A stretch of 64,000 nt of DNA from Nannocystis bainbridge (GCF_028368995.1 NZ_JAQNDL010000001.1:3968001-4032000), one strand, 5' to 3'; shown: positions 19,399 to 29,819, counted from the stretch's first letter. Notes: generated by a model not told the origin, from the sequence alone. Numbers and translations are program-made.

Positions 19399-19481
19399 TT
19401 CAACGTCCTTCTTGCGATGCGTTCGCACGGTGAGTGGCCCGGCCCGGGCCGCGATTACAGCCGACCCTCACGAATTGTGAT

Positions 19482-20675
19482 TCACGGCGGCTGACAATCG
19501 GGCGGGCCGATGAACACGTCGTCCACGCTCCAGCCCGCGATCGGCGGCAGCCCCGGCTCCGGGTGGTGATGACAAAAACGAACCATCAGCCCGGGGTTGC
19601 GAAAGGGCGTGATGTCGATCGCGTGCGGCGTCCACTCGGGATCCTCGAACGGCTCGTTCTTGCTCTCGAACACCGCCAACCATTCCTTGCCGGTCCACAC
19701 ATCGACGCGCGCGCTCGCTGGCAGCCGCGGCGGCAGCGGCACGAGCGAGATCTGACTCCAGTAGTGCAGCAGGAGCGGCTCCGGCCCCTCCTGCAGCTCG
19801 ATCGGCGGGCTGGTGAGGCAGGCGTCCATCGGCAACGGCTCGTCCGGCAAGCACCCGCCGATCGCGGCGCCCGCGAGCATGTTGTCGTCGCCGGGGCTGT
19901 GATCCTCGGCCGGATCCTCGAGCCCGTTGAAGGCGCACGCGGAGGGCTTCGCCGGGCCGATCATCCACGGCGGATCGGTCAGCCACGTCCCGGGATCGGT
20001 GAAATCGGCGAACAGGATCGGCAGCCCCGGCTTGCCGAAGCACTGACCCCCGGCGCAAAAATCATCGAAGGTGCAGCCGAGCCCGTCGTCGCACGGCGCG
20101 CCGTCCTCGAGCAGCTCGATCGCACAGTTGCCGGAGGCCGGGTTGCAGAAGCCCTGCTGGCACGCGCCGCCGTGCCCGCTGCAATCGCGCGGCACCCCGG
20201 TGCATGCGCCGGCGATGCATACGTTGGCCTCGGTGCAGAGGTCGCCGTCGTCGCACTTGATGCCCTCGAGCTCGACGTAAGAGCACTGCCCGCCGTCGCA
20301 CTGCGGCTGGCGACACGGCTCGTCCGGACAATCCTCGGCGACCCGGCACTGCAGCGGCGGTCGGCACAGCCCGGCCTCGCACAGCCCGCCGGCGCAGTCC
20401 CACGGCCCGGAGCACTGCTGCCCCGGCCCGCACGGCGGACACACCGGCCCGCCGCAGTCGAGGTCGGTCTCGGCCCCGTTGATGATTCCGTCGAAGCACG
20501 GCTCGACCGGCGCCGGCGGCGGCTCGGAGAGCGCCGTATCTGTCCCCGAGGACATGGTCTCCGAGACGGCCTCGGTGGCGCTGGCGCTGTCGACGAACTC
20601 GTAAGTCACCGGTCGACAGCCCGCGAGCGCCCATCCTGCGAGGATCACCCGCAGCGCACAGAGCCTCATCCTCAT
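19482..20675 (-). CDS. Cys-rich lipoprotein with C-terminal jelly-roll-like domain
   Basis: LAGC lipobox, DGIINGAETDLDCGG and CDDGDLCT repeats, C-terminal GWSVDDVFI. ATGA overlap with the upstream gene. Confidence 0.8.
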   Translation of the reverse strand: MRMRLCALRVILAGWALAGCRPVTYEFVDSASATEAVSETMSSGTDTALSEPPPAPVEPCFDGIINGAETDLDCGGPVCPPCGPGQQCSGPWDCAGGLCEAGLCRPPLQCRVAEDCPDEPCRQPQCDGGQCSYVELEGIKCDDGDLCTEANVCIAGACTGVPRDCSGHGGACQQGFCNPASGNCAIELLEDGAPCDDGLGCTFDDFCAGGQCFGKPGLPILFADFTDPGTWLTDPPWMIGPAKPSACAFNGLEDPAEDHSPGDDNMLAGAAIGGCLPDEPLPMDACLTSPPIELQEGPEPLLLHYWSQISLVPLPPRLPASARVDVWTGKEWLAVFESKNEPFEDPEWTPHAIDITPFRNPGLMVRFCHHHPEPGLPPIAGWSVDDVFIGPPDCQPP

Positions 20676-21688
20676 GGCTCGCCCTCGAGCACGCGGGCCG
20701 CCTGGTGGCGATGCACGCCGTTCGGAAAGTCGGCCGCGTAATCGCGCCAGCAGGCCGCGCGTTGGCCCTCCTCGGCCCGGCGGCACAGGCCCGCGCGCGC
20801 GTCGTCGGCGTAGCGCCCGCGCGGGAATTGGCGCAAGTAACTGCGCCACAGCGCGACCTCCTCGTCGCCGCCGTGGCGCTGGCGCGCGAGCGAGAACAGA
20901 TCGCCGTAGGCCAGGTCGGCCGCGCGCGAGCCCGGCGCGAGCGCGGCGATCTCCCGGTACAGCGCCTCGGCCCCGGCGAGGTCGCCCGCCTCCCAGCTCG
21001 CCTCGGCCTCGGCGTCGAGCCGCCGCAGCCGGTCCGCCCGCGACTCGCCCCGCGCTCGCGCGGCCGCCTTTTCGGGCTGGCCCTTTGGACCTGTCTCTTC
21101 AACCATGGTCTTCGGGTCATGCTCGACGGCCGGCGCGACCTCGACGGGCGCCTCGGGCTCCGGCGCGCTCGCCGGCCGCACCCGCTCGACGCTCTTCGGC
21201 GCGGGCGCGACCTCGTGGCGGGGCGGCGACGCCTGGTCGTGAAACGGCGCCTGCAGGGCCGTGTCGGGCCCGCCCTGCCCGCGGGTCAGCAGCGGGCGAG
21301 CACCGAACGCCAGGCCCGCCACCGCCGCCGCCGCCGCCAACCACATCCACGGCCGCGTCGCCGCTCGCCTGGCCTTCGGGACAGGTACTGGCGGCGGCCC
21401 GGCTGCGCGCACGGCCGCACAATCGGCGTCGATCTCCGCTCGCGCCGCTACCAGCAGCGCCGCGAATTCGGCCTGCTCGCGCGCCGGCACCCGCCCGCTC
21501 GGATCGCCGCGCAGCTGCGCCACCGGGGCCAGCGCGCGCACCTCGACCAGCGCGCCGGCCGGCACCCGCCTCGGGTCGCGCGCGTGGGCCTCGGCGACCA
21601 CCGCGGCGAAGTCGGGCGCGAGCTCGCGACGCATCGCCCGGGCCAGGTCGTCGGCCGCCGCTTCGACGAGGACATCGAGGTCCTTCAC
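20672..21688 (-). CDS. Membrane anti-sigma-like protein with C-terminal TPR
   Basis: GTGA overlap with the sigma gene, one TM (WMWLAAAAAVAGLAF) and TPR-like YLRQFPRG / YAADFPNG. Confidence 0.7.
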   Translation of the reverse strand: MKDLDVLVEAAADDLARAMRRELAPDFAAVVAEAHARDPRRVPAGALVEVRALAPVAQLRGDPSGRVPAREQAEFAALLVAARAEIDADCAAVRAAGPPPVPVPKARRAATRPWMWLAAAAAVAGLAFGARPLLTRGQGGPDTALQAPFHDQASPPRHEVAPAPKSVERVRPASAPEPEAPVEVAPAVEHDPKTMVEETGPKGQPEKAAARARGESRADRLRRLDAEAEASWEAGDLAGAEALYREIAALAPGSRAADLAYGDLFSLARQRHGGDEEVALWRSYLRQFPRGRYADDARAGLCRRAEEGQRAACWRDYAADFPNGVHRHQAARVLEGEP

Positions 21689-22332
21689 GTCGGCTCCTCC
21701 TCCTGCGGCGGGAGCACGCCCCACTCCACCAATTGTTTGCGGATCCGCTGACGCGCCCGGCTGGCCCGCACGGCCAGGTTGCCAGGCGAGATCGCAAGCT
21801 GCTCCGCGGCCTCCTCGGGGCTCAGGCCCTCGAGGTCGCGCAGCACGAAGGCGACGCGCAGGTGGTCCGGCAAGCCCTCGAGCGCAGCGTAGAGCGCCCG
21901 CACGCGCTGGCGCTGGTGGAGCGCCCCGTCGAGCGGCTGCACGCCGGCGCCGAGCGAGTGCATCACCTCGAGCCGCGCGTGCGCCTTGGCGGTGCTGCGC
22001 TGCGATCGCCAGTGATTGCGCACCACGTTGATCGCCACGCCGTGCAGCCAGGTCGACAGCTGCGAGCGACCGTCGAACGCGGCGATCTTCAGCAGCGCCT
22101 GGACGAACGTCTCCTGCACCAATTCTTCGCTCAGGCCGGCGTCGCCGGTCAGCGCGCGGACGTGGCGATAGACCCGCTCGTAGTGGTCCTGGTAGAGCCG
22201 CGACCACGCGCTCATCTCCCCGGCCTTGGCCCGCTGGACCAATTGTTCGGTGCTCGCCCGCTGCGGCGGGGCGGCGGGCGAGGTCGGGCCCGGGAGAGAG
22301 GGCACCGGCCGGAGGTGACTGCCAGGGGTCAT
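21685..22332 (-). CDS. ECF RNA polymerase sigma-70 factor
   Basis: ELVQETF, FDGRSQLSTWL, RVAFVLRDLEGLSPEEAA and RASRAR. Confidence 0.93.
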   Translation of the reverse strand: MTPGSHLRPVPSLPGPTSPAAPPQRASTEQLVQRAKAGEMSAWSRLYQDHYERVYRHVRALTGDAGLSEELVQETFVQALLKIAAFDGRSQLSTWLHGVAINVVRNHWRSQRSTAKAHARLEVMHSLGAGVQPLDGALHQRQRVRALYAALEGLPDHLRVAFVLRDLEGLSPEEAAEQLAISPGNLAVRASRARQRIRKQLVEWGVLPPQEEEPT

Positions 22333-22425
22333 GCGCTCGGACCGGTGAGCCGCGCGAGCGGCCCCCAGATTACAACCAATCGCAAAAACACCGATGCGGA
22401 CCCCCTGCGGGCCGCATACGCGCGC

Positions 22426-23499
22426 TCAGGGAGCGTTGACGCCGCGCAGCGCGGCCGCGTGGGTGGCCACGCCGATCGCCGCCGGCGCGCCCCACAGGAT
22501 GTTGCCGCGGAAGCCGATGTAGAACATCCCCGCCGCCGGCGTGCGCGCGCGCTCGGGCACGTCCTCGCGCGCCAGCGGGCTGTCGAACTGGCCGCCGAGC
22601 ACGATCGCCCCGAAGCCGCCGAGGCCGATGCCGACGTCGGCGACGAAGCCGATCGGGCTGCGCACGTTGTCGAACCGCCCGTCGGGCTTCTGGATGCCGG
22701 CGACCTTGAACGCCAGGCCGCTCGAGAACTCGATCGTCGGCGACCAGCGGGTCCGCTTGAACCAGTAGCGGCCGGCGAAGCCGACGTTGCCCCACACATC
22801 TTTGCTGTCGCTGGCGATGATGCCGCCCTTGGGGCCGAGCGACACGCGGGTGTACTTGAACGACCCGCGCGACTCGACCAGCGTCGGGATGCTGACCCAC
22901 ACGTCGTATTGCACGCGGGCCGAGCTCCACCGGTAAAGGTCGCCCGGCGAGGTCACGTCGCCCTGGCGCACGCGGTAGGCGTAGCCCGAGGTCGCCTGCA
23001 CCTCGACCACCAGGCCGCAGGTCGGGTCGGCGATCAGGCAGCGCCAGCGCGACCGCCGTTCGCTGGCCGGCGGGCTCGCCTCGAGCCCGTGACGCGCGCG
23101 CAGCTGCTGCATGTCGGTCGTGCTGTAGAACGGCGGGCCCTGCTGCTCTGCCGGCGCGGGCGTGGCGGCGTCGGCCGGCGGTGCCGCGGTCTCGGCCACC
23201 GGCACCGGCACCGGCGGCTCGATCGGCGCCGCGGGCACGGCCCCGGTCGCGGCCGGGTCCCAGGCCGGCAAGGCCTTCGGCGCCTGCACCGGCGGCGCGC
23301 TCGTCTCAGTCCCGGCCGGCGTCGTCGCCGTCGCGGTGGCGCTCGTGGTCGTCGTCGTCGTGCCGGTCGAGGTCGTGGTCGTCGTCGTGCTCGTCGAGCT
23401 CGGCGTCTGCACCGGCGGCGGCGCGCTCGTCGGCGTCTGCACCGGCGGCTGCGCGAGCGTCAGCGAGATGGCCCAAAAGGCAGGTAGGAGCGCGCTCAT
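22426..23499 (-). CDS. Exported protein, putative outer-membrane beta-rich
   Basis: Signal peptide, Thr/Pro linker and Gly/aromatic alternating strands. Confidence 0.7.
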   Translation of the reverse strand: MSALLPAFWAISLTLAQPPVQTPTSAPPPVQTPSSTSTTTTTTSTGTTTTTTSATATATTPAGTETSAPPVQAPKALPAWDPAATGAVPAAPIEPPVPVPVAETAAPPADAATPAPAEQQGPPFYSTTDMQQLRARHGLEASPPASERRSRWRCLIADPTCGLVVEVQATSGYAYRVRQGDVTSPGDLYRWSSARVQYDVWVSIPTLVESRGSFKYTRVSLGPKGGIIASDSKDVWGNVGFAGRYWFKRTRWSPTIEFSSGLAFKVAGIQKPDGRFDNVRSPIGFVADVGIGLGGFGAIVLGGQFDSPLAREDVPERARTPAAGMFYIGFRGNILWGAPAAIGVATHAAALRGVNAP

Positions 23500-24251
23500 T
23501 GCATCGCTCCTCCGGCCAGCAGGCCGAGCAAGACGAGGCCGATCGCCGGCAACGCGGGGATGGCGTGGGCGCGGAAGCCCGTGATCACGCGGGTGTCGCC
23601 GTCGAGGAAATCACCGCTGACGAACAGCCCGCCCCAGCCGCCCCAGCCGGCCGCGACCTCGAGGTGCGTGCCGTTGTACCAGCCGGCGTACGTGAGCACC
23701 GACGAGCGGACCACGCCGACGGTCAGGTCGATGTGGAAGGCGTTGCGCTTCTGGCTCAGCCACAGCTGATTGACGAGACCGAAGCGATACGAGGACGTGT
23801 GCGGGGTCGTCTGCAGCACCTCGTCGGGCGCGTCGACGATGGAGCCGGTGTTGGCCATCACGCCGGTGCCGCGCGACCAGCTGGCGATCAGCCCGACCGA
23901 CCACGGGTTCCAGCGCTTGCGCGCCAGCATCACCGGGCGCACCGTGAAGCCGCCGCGGAAGTTGTAGTGGGCGTATGGCAGGTCGACGCCGCGGTCACCG
24001 GCGATGCCGTTGATGCCGACGCCGACATCGACGCTGGCGATCAGGGCCGAGCGACACTGCGAGTCCTCGACGAAGCAGAACGCGCCCTGGCCGACGGAGA
24101 AGCGCGGCGGTGCGGCCGGCGGCGGCCCGCTGGCGAAGTTCGACTCGCTCGCGGCCACGGGCGCGAAAAACGGCCCGTGCTCGGGGGCAGGACCCGAGGG
24201 CGCGGGGGCGGGCGCCTGAACCAGGGCGAGCAGGAGGACGGCCGTAGTCAC
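23496..24251 (-). CDS. Exported protein, distant paralog of 22426..23499
   Basis: Signal peptide, shared GP(P/F)F and Cys-pair pattern, GFR..PAIG C-terminus. ATGA overlap with the next gene. Confidence 0.7.
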   Translation of the reverse strand: MTTAVLLLALVQAPAPAPSGPAPEHGPFFAPVAASESNFASGPPPAAPPRFSVGQGAFCFVEDSQCRSALIASVDVGVGINGIAGDRGVDLPYAHYNFRGGFTVRPVMLARKRWNPWSVGLIASWSRGTGVMANTGSIVDAPDEVLQTTPHTSSYRFGLVNQLWLSQKRNAFHIDLTVGVVRSSVLTYAGWYNGTHLEVAAGWGGWGGLFVSGDFLDGDTRVITGFRAHAIPALPAIGLVLLGLLAGGAMQ

Positions 24252-24405
24252 CGAAAGGACCCCCAGAATGCAGAACTCGCGCGAGACTTACAACCCACCC
24301 GCGATCGGACCTGCAGCGAGCGGCCCGGGCGGGTCCTGGGCACCCCAGCCACAATTCGCGCAGGTCACGCAGACCCGACGAGGGCCGCGAAGCGGCGGGC
24401 GGGCG

Positions 24406-24861
24406 TCAGTCGCCGGCCAGGCGATCGGCCCCGCGGGCGATCGCCTTGCCGATCGACACGCCGAGCAGCTCTTCGGCGTCGCGCTGGGCCGCCTCCCACG
24501 CCGGCGCGACGTCGGCGATGAGCTTCATGCCCTTCTCGGTGATCTGGATCTCGTGCGAGCGCGCGTCGTCGATGTCGGCCAGCTTGAGCCAGCCGCTGTT
24601 GCACATGCGCTCGACGTTGCGGCTGACCGTCGAAGCGTCCATGTGCATGCGCACCGACAGCTCGTTCGGCGTCAACCCCTGCGTCTGCATCACCACGACC
24701 AGCGTGTTGAGCTGGGCGATGCGCAGCTCGAAGGGTCGCAGCGCGTCGTCGTAGAGCTTGCTGATCGCGCGGTTGATGATGCGCAAGCGATACGCCGTGC
24801 ACTCATCCATGATGCGCGCCGCAATATCACTCACCTGCTTCGTCGCCCGCCGGCCACCCAT
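24406..24861 (-). CDS. MarR family regulator
   Basis: CTAYRLR..R..YDDALRP, DASTVSRN and DARSHEIQITEKG. Confidence 0.88.
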   Translation of the reverse strand: MGGRRATKQVSDIAARIMDECTAYRLRIINRAISKLYDDALRPFELRIAQLNTLVVVMQTQGLTPNELSVRMHMDASTVSRNVERMCNSGWLKLADIDDARSHEIQITEKGMKLIADVAPAWEAAQRDAEELLGVSIGKAIARGADRLAGD

Positions 24862-25779
24862 CGCCGCGACATTGTATAGGAGAGGAATCGCGGGTCAACC
24901 GGCGCATATCGAGCGCGAACGGTCGTTCGCGAGCGGAGGCGCGACATCGCTACATGTCCCGAGGGACAGAACGAGGGCGCGGGCTCGCGCCTTTGGCCGC
25001 AGACAGGCACTTGGCTGCTCGCGCCGACCGCCGCTCGAGCGACCTCCGCAGGCGCGTCGACGGCTCGTTCGCGGCGCGCGTGCGATGACTCCGAGGGTCG
25101 ACATTGTGCGCACCGATCTCTCCGCGCGCGTTCGACATCCGGCGCGGCGAAAACGAGGACGCGCCCACGACCTCACCCGTCTGTTCCTCTCCAAAAAAGA
25201 GAGCGCGAGCGGAATAAACGCGGAGCACCGAGACGACGACGCGCGTCGATCGCCGACTTCGACACCTCCGTGCGCGCCGGGGAATCGTGAGTCGGCGCGA
25301 CCGGTCGCTCGTCGACGTCTCCGGGCGGCGCGCTCGCCGGACCGATCGCGTAACTTGACGACCTGTCCCGAAGAACAGGCGCGCCTGCGTATGCTCGAGC
25401 GGGTGCGCCGTCTCCGAGACGGTCGGTGCTGCGCGACGATCGAGATCCTCGCCGTCGCGCCGGGTGCTCGATGTTCGCCGGTCCCATCGCCCTGCTCAGC
25501 CCGGTCGTCGCCTCGCTGGCGCCCCCGGCATCCGCGATCGCCGCCGGTTTTGGTTGACGGCGTTCGGCCGCGATCGGCAATGCCGGCCGCAGACAGCCCG
25601 CCGCCGACCTGCCGCAAGGTCAGCCCCGGCCCACGCGCTTGCCGGACTCGGCAACAAGCCCCTGGCGGGGCCGCCTCACCGAGACGCCCCCGGCAACGAC
25701 ACTGGGCCTCCCGCGACCGCGGTCGCCTGCCCGGAAACTTGGACGCTGGCGCGCCTGCCGGTATGACCGGGCCAGCCGC

Positions 25780-27126
25780 TTGAGCACCGCCGCCGCACCG
25801 CCCGACCCGTCTTCGGGGCCCTCCGGGTCGGAGCCTTCGACGCGGCGCGGCGGCACCGTCGCGTGGACCGCCTCGACCTACTTCGGCGAGGGCTTGCCGT
25901 GGTCGATCCTCCACCAGGTCGCGGCCGAGTTCTTCACCGCCGCCGGCCTGCCCGCGCGCGAGGTCGGCTTCACCTCGGCGCTGCACTTCACCTCGAGCCT
26001 CAAGTTCGTGTGGAGCCCGATCGTCGACCTGATCGGCACCCTGCGCCAGTGGATCGTCGCCACCCAGTTCGGCCTCGGCGTGCTGATGGCCGTGCTCGCC
26101 GTGTTCGCCCACAACATGGCCTCGGGGACAGGTTCCGGCACCGCCGCCATCTGGGTGGTGCTGATCGTCATCGGCCTGTTCAGCGCCACCCACGACATCG
26201 CCTGCGACGGCTACTACATGACCGCGCTCGGCCGCGCCGACCAGGCCCGCTACACCGGCATTCGCGTGGCCGCCTTCCGCGTGGCGATGCTCGTCGGCTC
26301 GTCCGGCCTGGTGTTCCTCGGCGGTCGCGTCCACTGGCTGGCCGGCTTCGGCGTCGGCGCCGTGCTCATGGTCGGGCTCGCCGTGGCTCACCGCGTGTGG
26401 TTGCCGCAGATCGGCGCCGTGCGCCCGGTCTCGGCCTCCAGCGGCGACAAGGCGGCCGACTGGCGGGCCCGCCTCGCCCACGTGCGCGGCGCCTACTTCA
26501 GCTTCCTGCTGCAGCCGCGGGCCCTCGTCGTCCTGCTGTTCCTCCTCAGCTTCAAGCTGGGCGACGCGCTGATGTTCGGCATGTCGAAGGTGCTGTTCCG
26601 CGAGCTCGGCATCAGCACCCCCGACCGCGGCGTCCTCAACGGCTTCGGCACCGCCGCCAGCATCGCCGGCGCCATGCTCGGCGGGCTATGGGTCGCGCGC
26701 GTCGGCCTGCGGCGCGCGCTGCTGCCGATCGCCCTGATCATGGCCGGCACCTTGCCGCTCTACCTGCTGCTCGCCGCCCCGCGCCTGCCCGCCGACGTCA
26801 TGCTCGGCTTCGGCGCCCCGCTGAGCCTCGCGCACACGCTGTCGCCGCCGCTGTGGCACGTCGGCACCATCCTCGTCATCGAGCAGCTGTGCGGCGGCCT
26901 CGCCACCGCTGCCCAGACGATCTTCATCATGAGCCGCTGCCACCCCGATCACAAGGCGGCTCACTTCGCGTTCGCGACTGCCATCTATTCGCTCGCGCAG
27001 ACCATCTCGGGCACCTACAGCGGCTTCCTCTACGAGGCCCACGGCCCCATCGTCTACTTCTCGATCGCCGCCGTCGCCTGCATCCCCTGCCTGGTGCTGA
27101 TCCCGTTCCTCCGCCAAGATCGTTGA
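25780..27126 (+). CDS. MFS transporter, AmpG-like
   Basis: YFGEGLP, LKFVWSPIVD and SATHDIACDGYY, with about 12 TM segments. Start (TTG) is uncertain. Confidence 0.85.
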   Translation: MSTAAAPPDPSSGPSGSEPSTRRGGTVAWTASTYFGEGLPWSILHQVAAEFFTAAGLPAREVGFTSALHFTSSLKFVWSPIVDLIGTLRQWIVATQFGLGVLMAVLAVFAHNMASGTGSGTAAIWVVLIVIGLFSATHDIACDGYYMTALGRADQARYTGIRVAAFRVAMLVGSSGLVFLGGRVHWLAGFGVGAVLMVGLAVAHRVWLPQIGAVRPVSASSGDKAADWRARLAHVRGAYFSFLLQPRALVVLLFLLSFKLGDALMFGMSKVLFRELGISTPDRGVLNGFGTAASIAGAMLGGLWVARVGLRRALLPIALIMAGTLPLYLLLAAPRLPADVMLGFGAPLSLAHTLSPPLWHVGTILVIEQLCGGLATAAQTIFIMSRCHPDHKAAHFAFATAIYSLAQTISGTYSGFLYEAHGPIVYFSIAAVACIPCLVLIPFLRQDR

Positions 27127-27132
27127 ACCCGC

Positions 27133-28641
27133 ATGGATCGCGTCGCTCGTAGCGCCTTTGACGTCGCCCGTCAGCGGGTCGGCCGCGTGCTCGCGCCGCT
27201 GGTCTTCTTCATCATCCTCGTCGCCCCCACCGGCCTGCCCGCGCCGGCCCACCGCCTGGCCGCGATCTTCGCCGCCACCGTGGTCCTGTGGGTGTGCGAG
27301 GCCGTGCCGCTCGGCGCCGCCGCGCTGATCGCCCCGGCGCTGGCGGTGGCGATGGACGTCACCCCCGCGGCCAAGGCGTTCGCCCCGTTCGCCAGCCCGC
27401 TGATCTTCCTGTTCCTCGGCGGCTTCATGCTCGCGCTCGGACTCAGCGAGCAGGGGCTCGACCGCCGGGCCGCGCTGTGGCTGCTCGCGCGCGACTGGGT
27501 CCGCGGCTCGCCCGCGCGGGCGCGCACGGCCGTCGGCCTCGGCGCGTTCGCCTGCTCGATGTGGATCTCCAACACCGCGACCACTGCGATGTTGATCCCC
27601 GTCGCGCTCGGCCTGTGCGCGGCGATCCGCGGCGTCGCCCGCCCCGAAGACCAGCCCAAGTTCGACCGCTACGCCGAGGGCATGCTGCTGACCCTCACCT
27701 ATGCTTGCTCGATCGGCGGCATCGCCACCCCGATCGGCACGGCGCCCAACGTCATCGCCCTCGATTTCCTCGAGCGGCAGGCCGGCATCCAGCTCGATTT
27801 CTTCCAGTGGATCAGCTTCGGCTTGCCGACCGGCCTCGTCACTCTGGCGATCGCCCTCGTCTACGCCCACCGCCGCTTCCCCTCGCCGGTCGATCGGCTC
27901 GACGGACTCACCGTCGAGGTCCGCGAGCAGCTGCGCGCGCTCGGGCCGCTGTCGGCGGGCGAGCGGCGGGCCGCCGGCGTGTTCCTGCTGGCGGTGCTCG
28001 GCTGGCTGCTGCCGTCGATCCTCAAGGTCACTCTCGGCGCCGCCCACCCGGCCGCGCAGTGGGCCGACCGCTGCCTGCAGGAGGGCGTCGTCGCCACCCT
28101 CGCCGGCGTGCTGCTGTGCATCGTCCCCGGCGGCCGCCAGGCGGGCGTCCCGGTGCTGCCGTGGGACAAGGCGATGAAGCTCGACTGGTCGACGCTCTAC
28201 CTGCTCGGCGGCGGCTTCTCGCTCGGCGCGATGATGTTCGACACCGGCCTCGCCGAGGCGCTCGCGCGCGGCTTCCTGGCCATCGCCGGTCCGCTCGCCA
28301 GCTCGCCGTTCGGCCTGCTCGCGACCGCCACCTTCCTCGTGCTGTGGCTGACCGAGGTCACAAGCAACGTCGCCACCACCAGCATGATGGTCCCGGTGCT
28401 GATCGCCATCGCCCAGGCGGCCGGCATCGACCCGCTGCCGACCACCCTGTGCGTCACCATGGCCGCCAGCTTCGCCTTCACCCTGCCGGTCTCGACCCCG
28501 CCGAACGCCATCGCCTACGGCACGGGTCTCATCCGCATCCAGTCGATGATCCGCTTCGGGATCGTGCTCGACCTGCTGGGTTACTTGGTGCTGATCGCGT
28601 GCGGGGCGCTCTTGCTGCCGGCTCTCGGCCTCGGGCTCTGA
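27133..28641 (+). CDS. SLC13/DASS anion symporter
   Basis: SMWISNTAT, TPIGTAPN, TSNVAT and LPVSTPPNAI. Confidence 0.92.
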   Translation: MDRVARSAFDVARQRVGRVLAPLVFFIILVAPTGLPAPAHRLAAIFAATVVLWVCEAVPLGAAALIAPALAVAMDVTPAAKAFAPFASPLIFLFLGGFMLALGLSEQGLDRRAALWLLARDWVRGSPARARTAVGLGAFACSMWISNTATTAMLIPVALGLCAAIRGVARPEDQPKFDRYAEGMLLTLTYACSIGGIATPIGTAPNVIALDFLERQAGIQLDFFQWISFGLPTGLVTLAIALVYAHRRFPSPVDRLDGLTVEVREQLRALGPLSAGERRAAGVFLLAVLGWLLPSILKVTLGAAHPAAQWADRCLQEGVVATLAGVLLCIVPGGRQAGVPVLPWDKAMKLDWSTLYLLGGGFSLGAMMFDTGLAEALARGFLAIAGPLASSPFGLLATATFLVLWLTEVTSNVATTSMMVPVLIAIAQAAGIDPLPTTLCVTMAASFAFTLPVSTPPNAIAYGTGLIRIQSMIRFGIVLDLLGYLVLIACGALLLPALGLGL

Positions 28642-29819
28642 GAGCGGCCGAGCGGCACTCGCACCGTGAAGCGCGAGCCCATCTCGTGCTCGCTCTCGAC
28701 GGTGATCGTCCCGCCCATCGCCACGACGAAGCCGCGGGCCAGCGCCAGGCCCAGGCCCGAGCCGCCGAAGCGCTTCCGCAGCGAGCTGTCGGCCTGGTAG
28801 AACGCCTCGAACAGGCGGCCCTGCTGCTCGGGCTTGATGCCGATGCCGGTGTCGTGGACCACGAATTCGGCCTGACCGTCGTCGGCGATCCGCACCGCCA
28901 GGCCGACCTCGCCGAGCTCGGTGAACTTGCAGGCGTTGCTGAGCAAGCCCTGCAGCACCTGGCGCACCCGCTCCTGGTCGCCGAACAGCGCCGCGTCCTG
29001 GTCTTCGGGCCAGACCAGCGCCACGCCCCGGCGCAGCTGCGGCAGCACCGTCGCCTGCAGCGTGCGCAGCAGGCTCGCCAGCGAGAACACGTCCTCGCGC
29101 AGCTCGACCCGCTGGGCCTCGATGCGCGACAGGTCGAGCACGTCGGCGACCAGCCGCAGCAGCTGCTGGCCGGCCAGCTGGATCCGCTGGAGATCGTCGC
29201 GCATCTCGTCCGGCGTCGCCTCGCCCAGCTCGTCGAGCATCAGCTCGCTGTAGCCGAAGATCGCGTTCAGCGGCGTGCGCAGCTCGAGGCTCAGGTTGGC
29301 GATGAACGAGCTCTTGGCGGCCGTCAGGTGCTCCGCCAGCAGCTCCGCCGCCTGCAGCTGGGCCGCCTGCCGGCGCAGCCGATCGGCCAGCATGTTGGCG
29401 TCCTGGATCGCCGTCTGCATCGTCTTCATCACCACCAGCATCTCGGTGGTCGGGTCGTGCAGCGCGAAGTCCCGCAGCATCAGCCCGGACGCCGCGACCT
29501 GCCCCAGCTCGGTCAGCCACGGCGTGCCGACGAACAGCGCCCCGCCGTCGACCTCGACGATCTCTCCGCGCAGGCGCAGCTCGAGGTCGCGGACCTGCAG
29601 CAGCACCACCGAGTCGCGGCGGGCCAGCAGCGCCTTCAGCGACAGCTCGTCCAGGACCGGGCGGTCGATCACGAACCACTCGTCGAACGGCCGCCCCGTC
29701 ACGTCCGCCGCCATCACTCGCCGCAGCGAGCGCCCGAGGTCGAGGATCCGCATCTCCTCGTCGAGGTGGATCGAGAACGGGAACAGCCGCTCACATTGCT
29801 CGCGCAGAAGCAACAGCAT
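28581..29819 (-). CDS. HNOBA-domain histidine kinase-like protein (H-box His replaced by Leu)
   Basis: LFPFSI..D, LRGEI, LFVGTPW and DFALHDP (HNOBA-like). H-box reads SLELRTPL. Also SNACKFT, DTGIGI and GSGLGL. Confidence 0.85.
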   Translation of the reverse strand: MLLLLREQCERLFPFSIHLDEEMRILDLGRSLRRVMAADVTGRPFDEWFVIDRPVLDELSLKALLARRDSVVLLQVRDLELRLRGEIVEVDGGALFVGTPWLTELGQVAASGLMLRDFALHDPTTEMLVVMKTMQTAIQDANMLADRLRRQAAQLQAAELLAEHLTAAKSSFIANLSLELRTPLNAIFGYSELMLDELGEATPDEMRDDLQRIQLAGQQLLRLVADVLDLSRIEAQRVELREDVFSLASLLRTLQATVLPQLRRGVALVWPEDQDAALFGDQERVRQVLQGLLSNACKFTELGEVGLAVRIADDGQAEFVVHDTGIGIKPEQQGRLFEAFYQADSSLRKRFGGSGLGLALARGFVVAMGGTITVESEHEMGSRFTVRVPLGRSQSPRPRAGSKSAPHAISTK

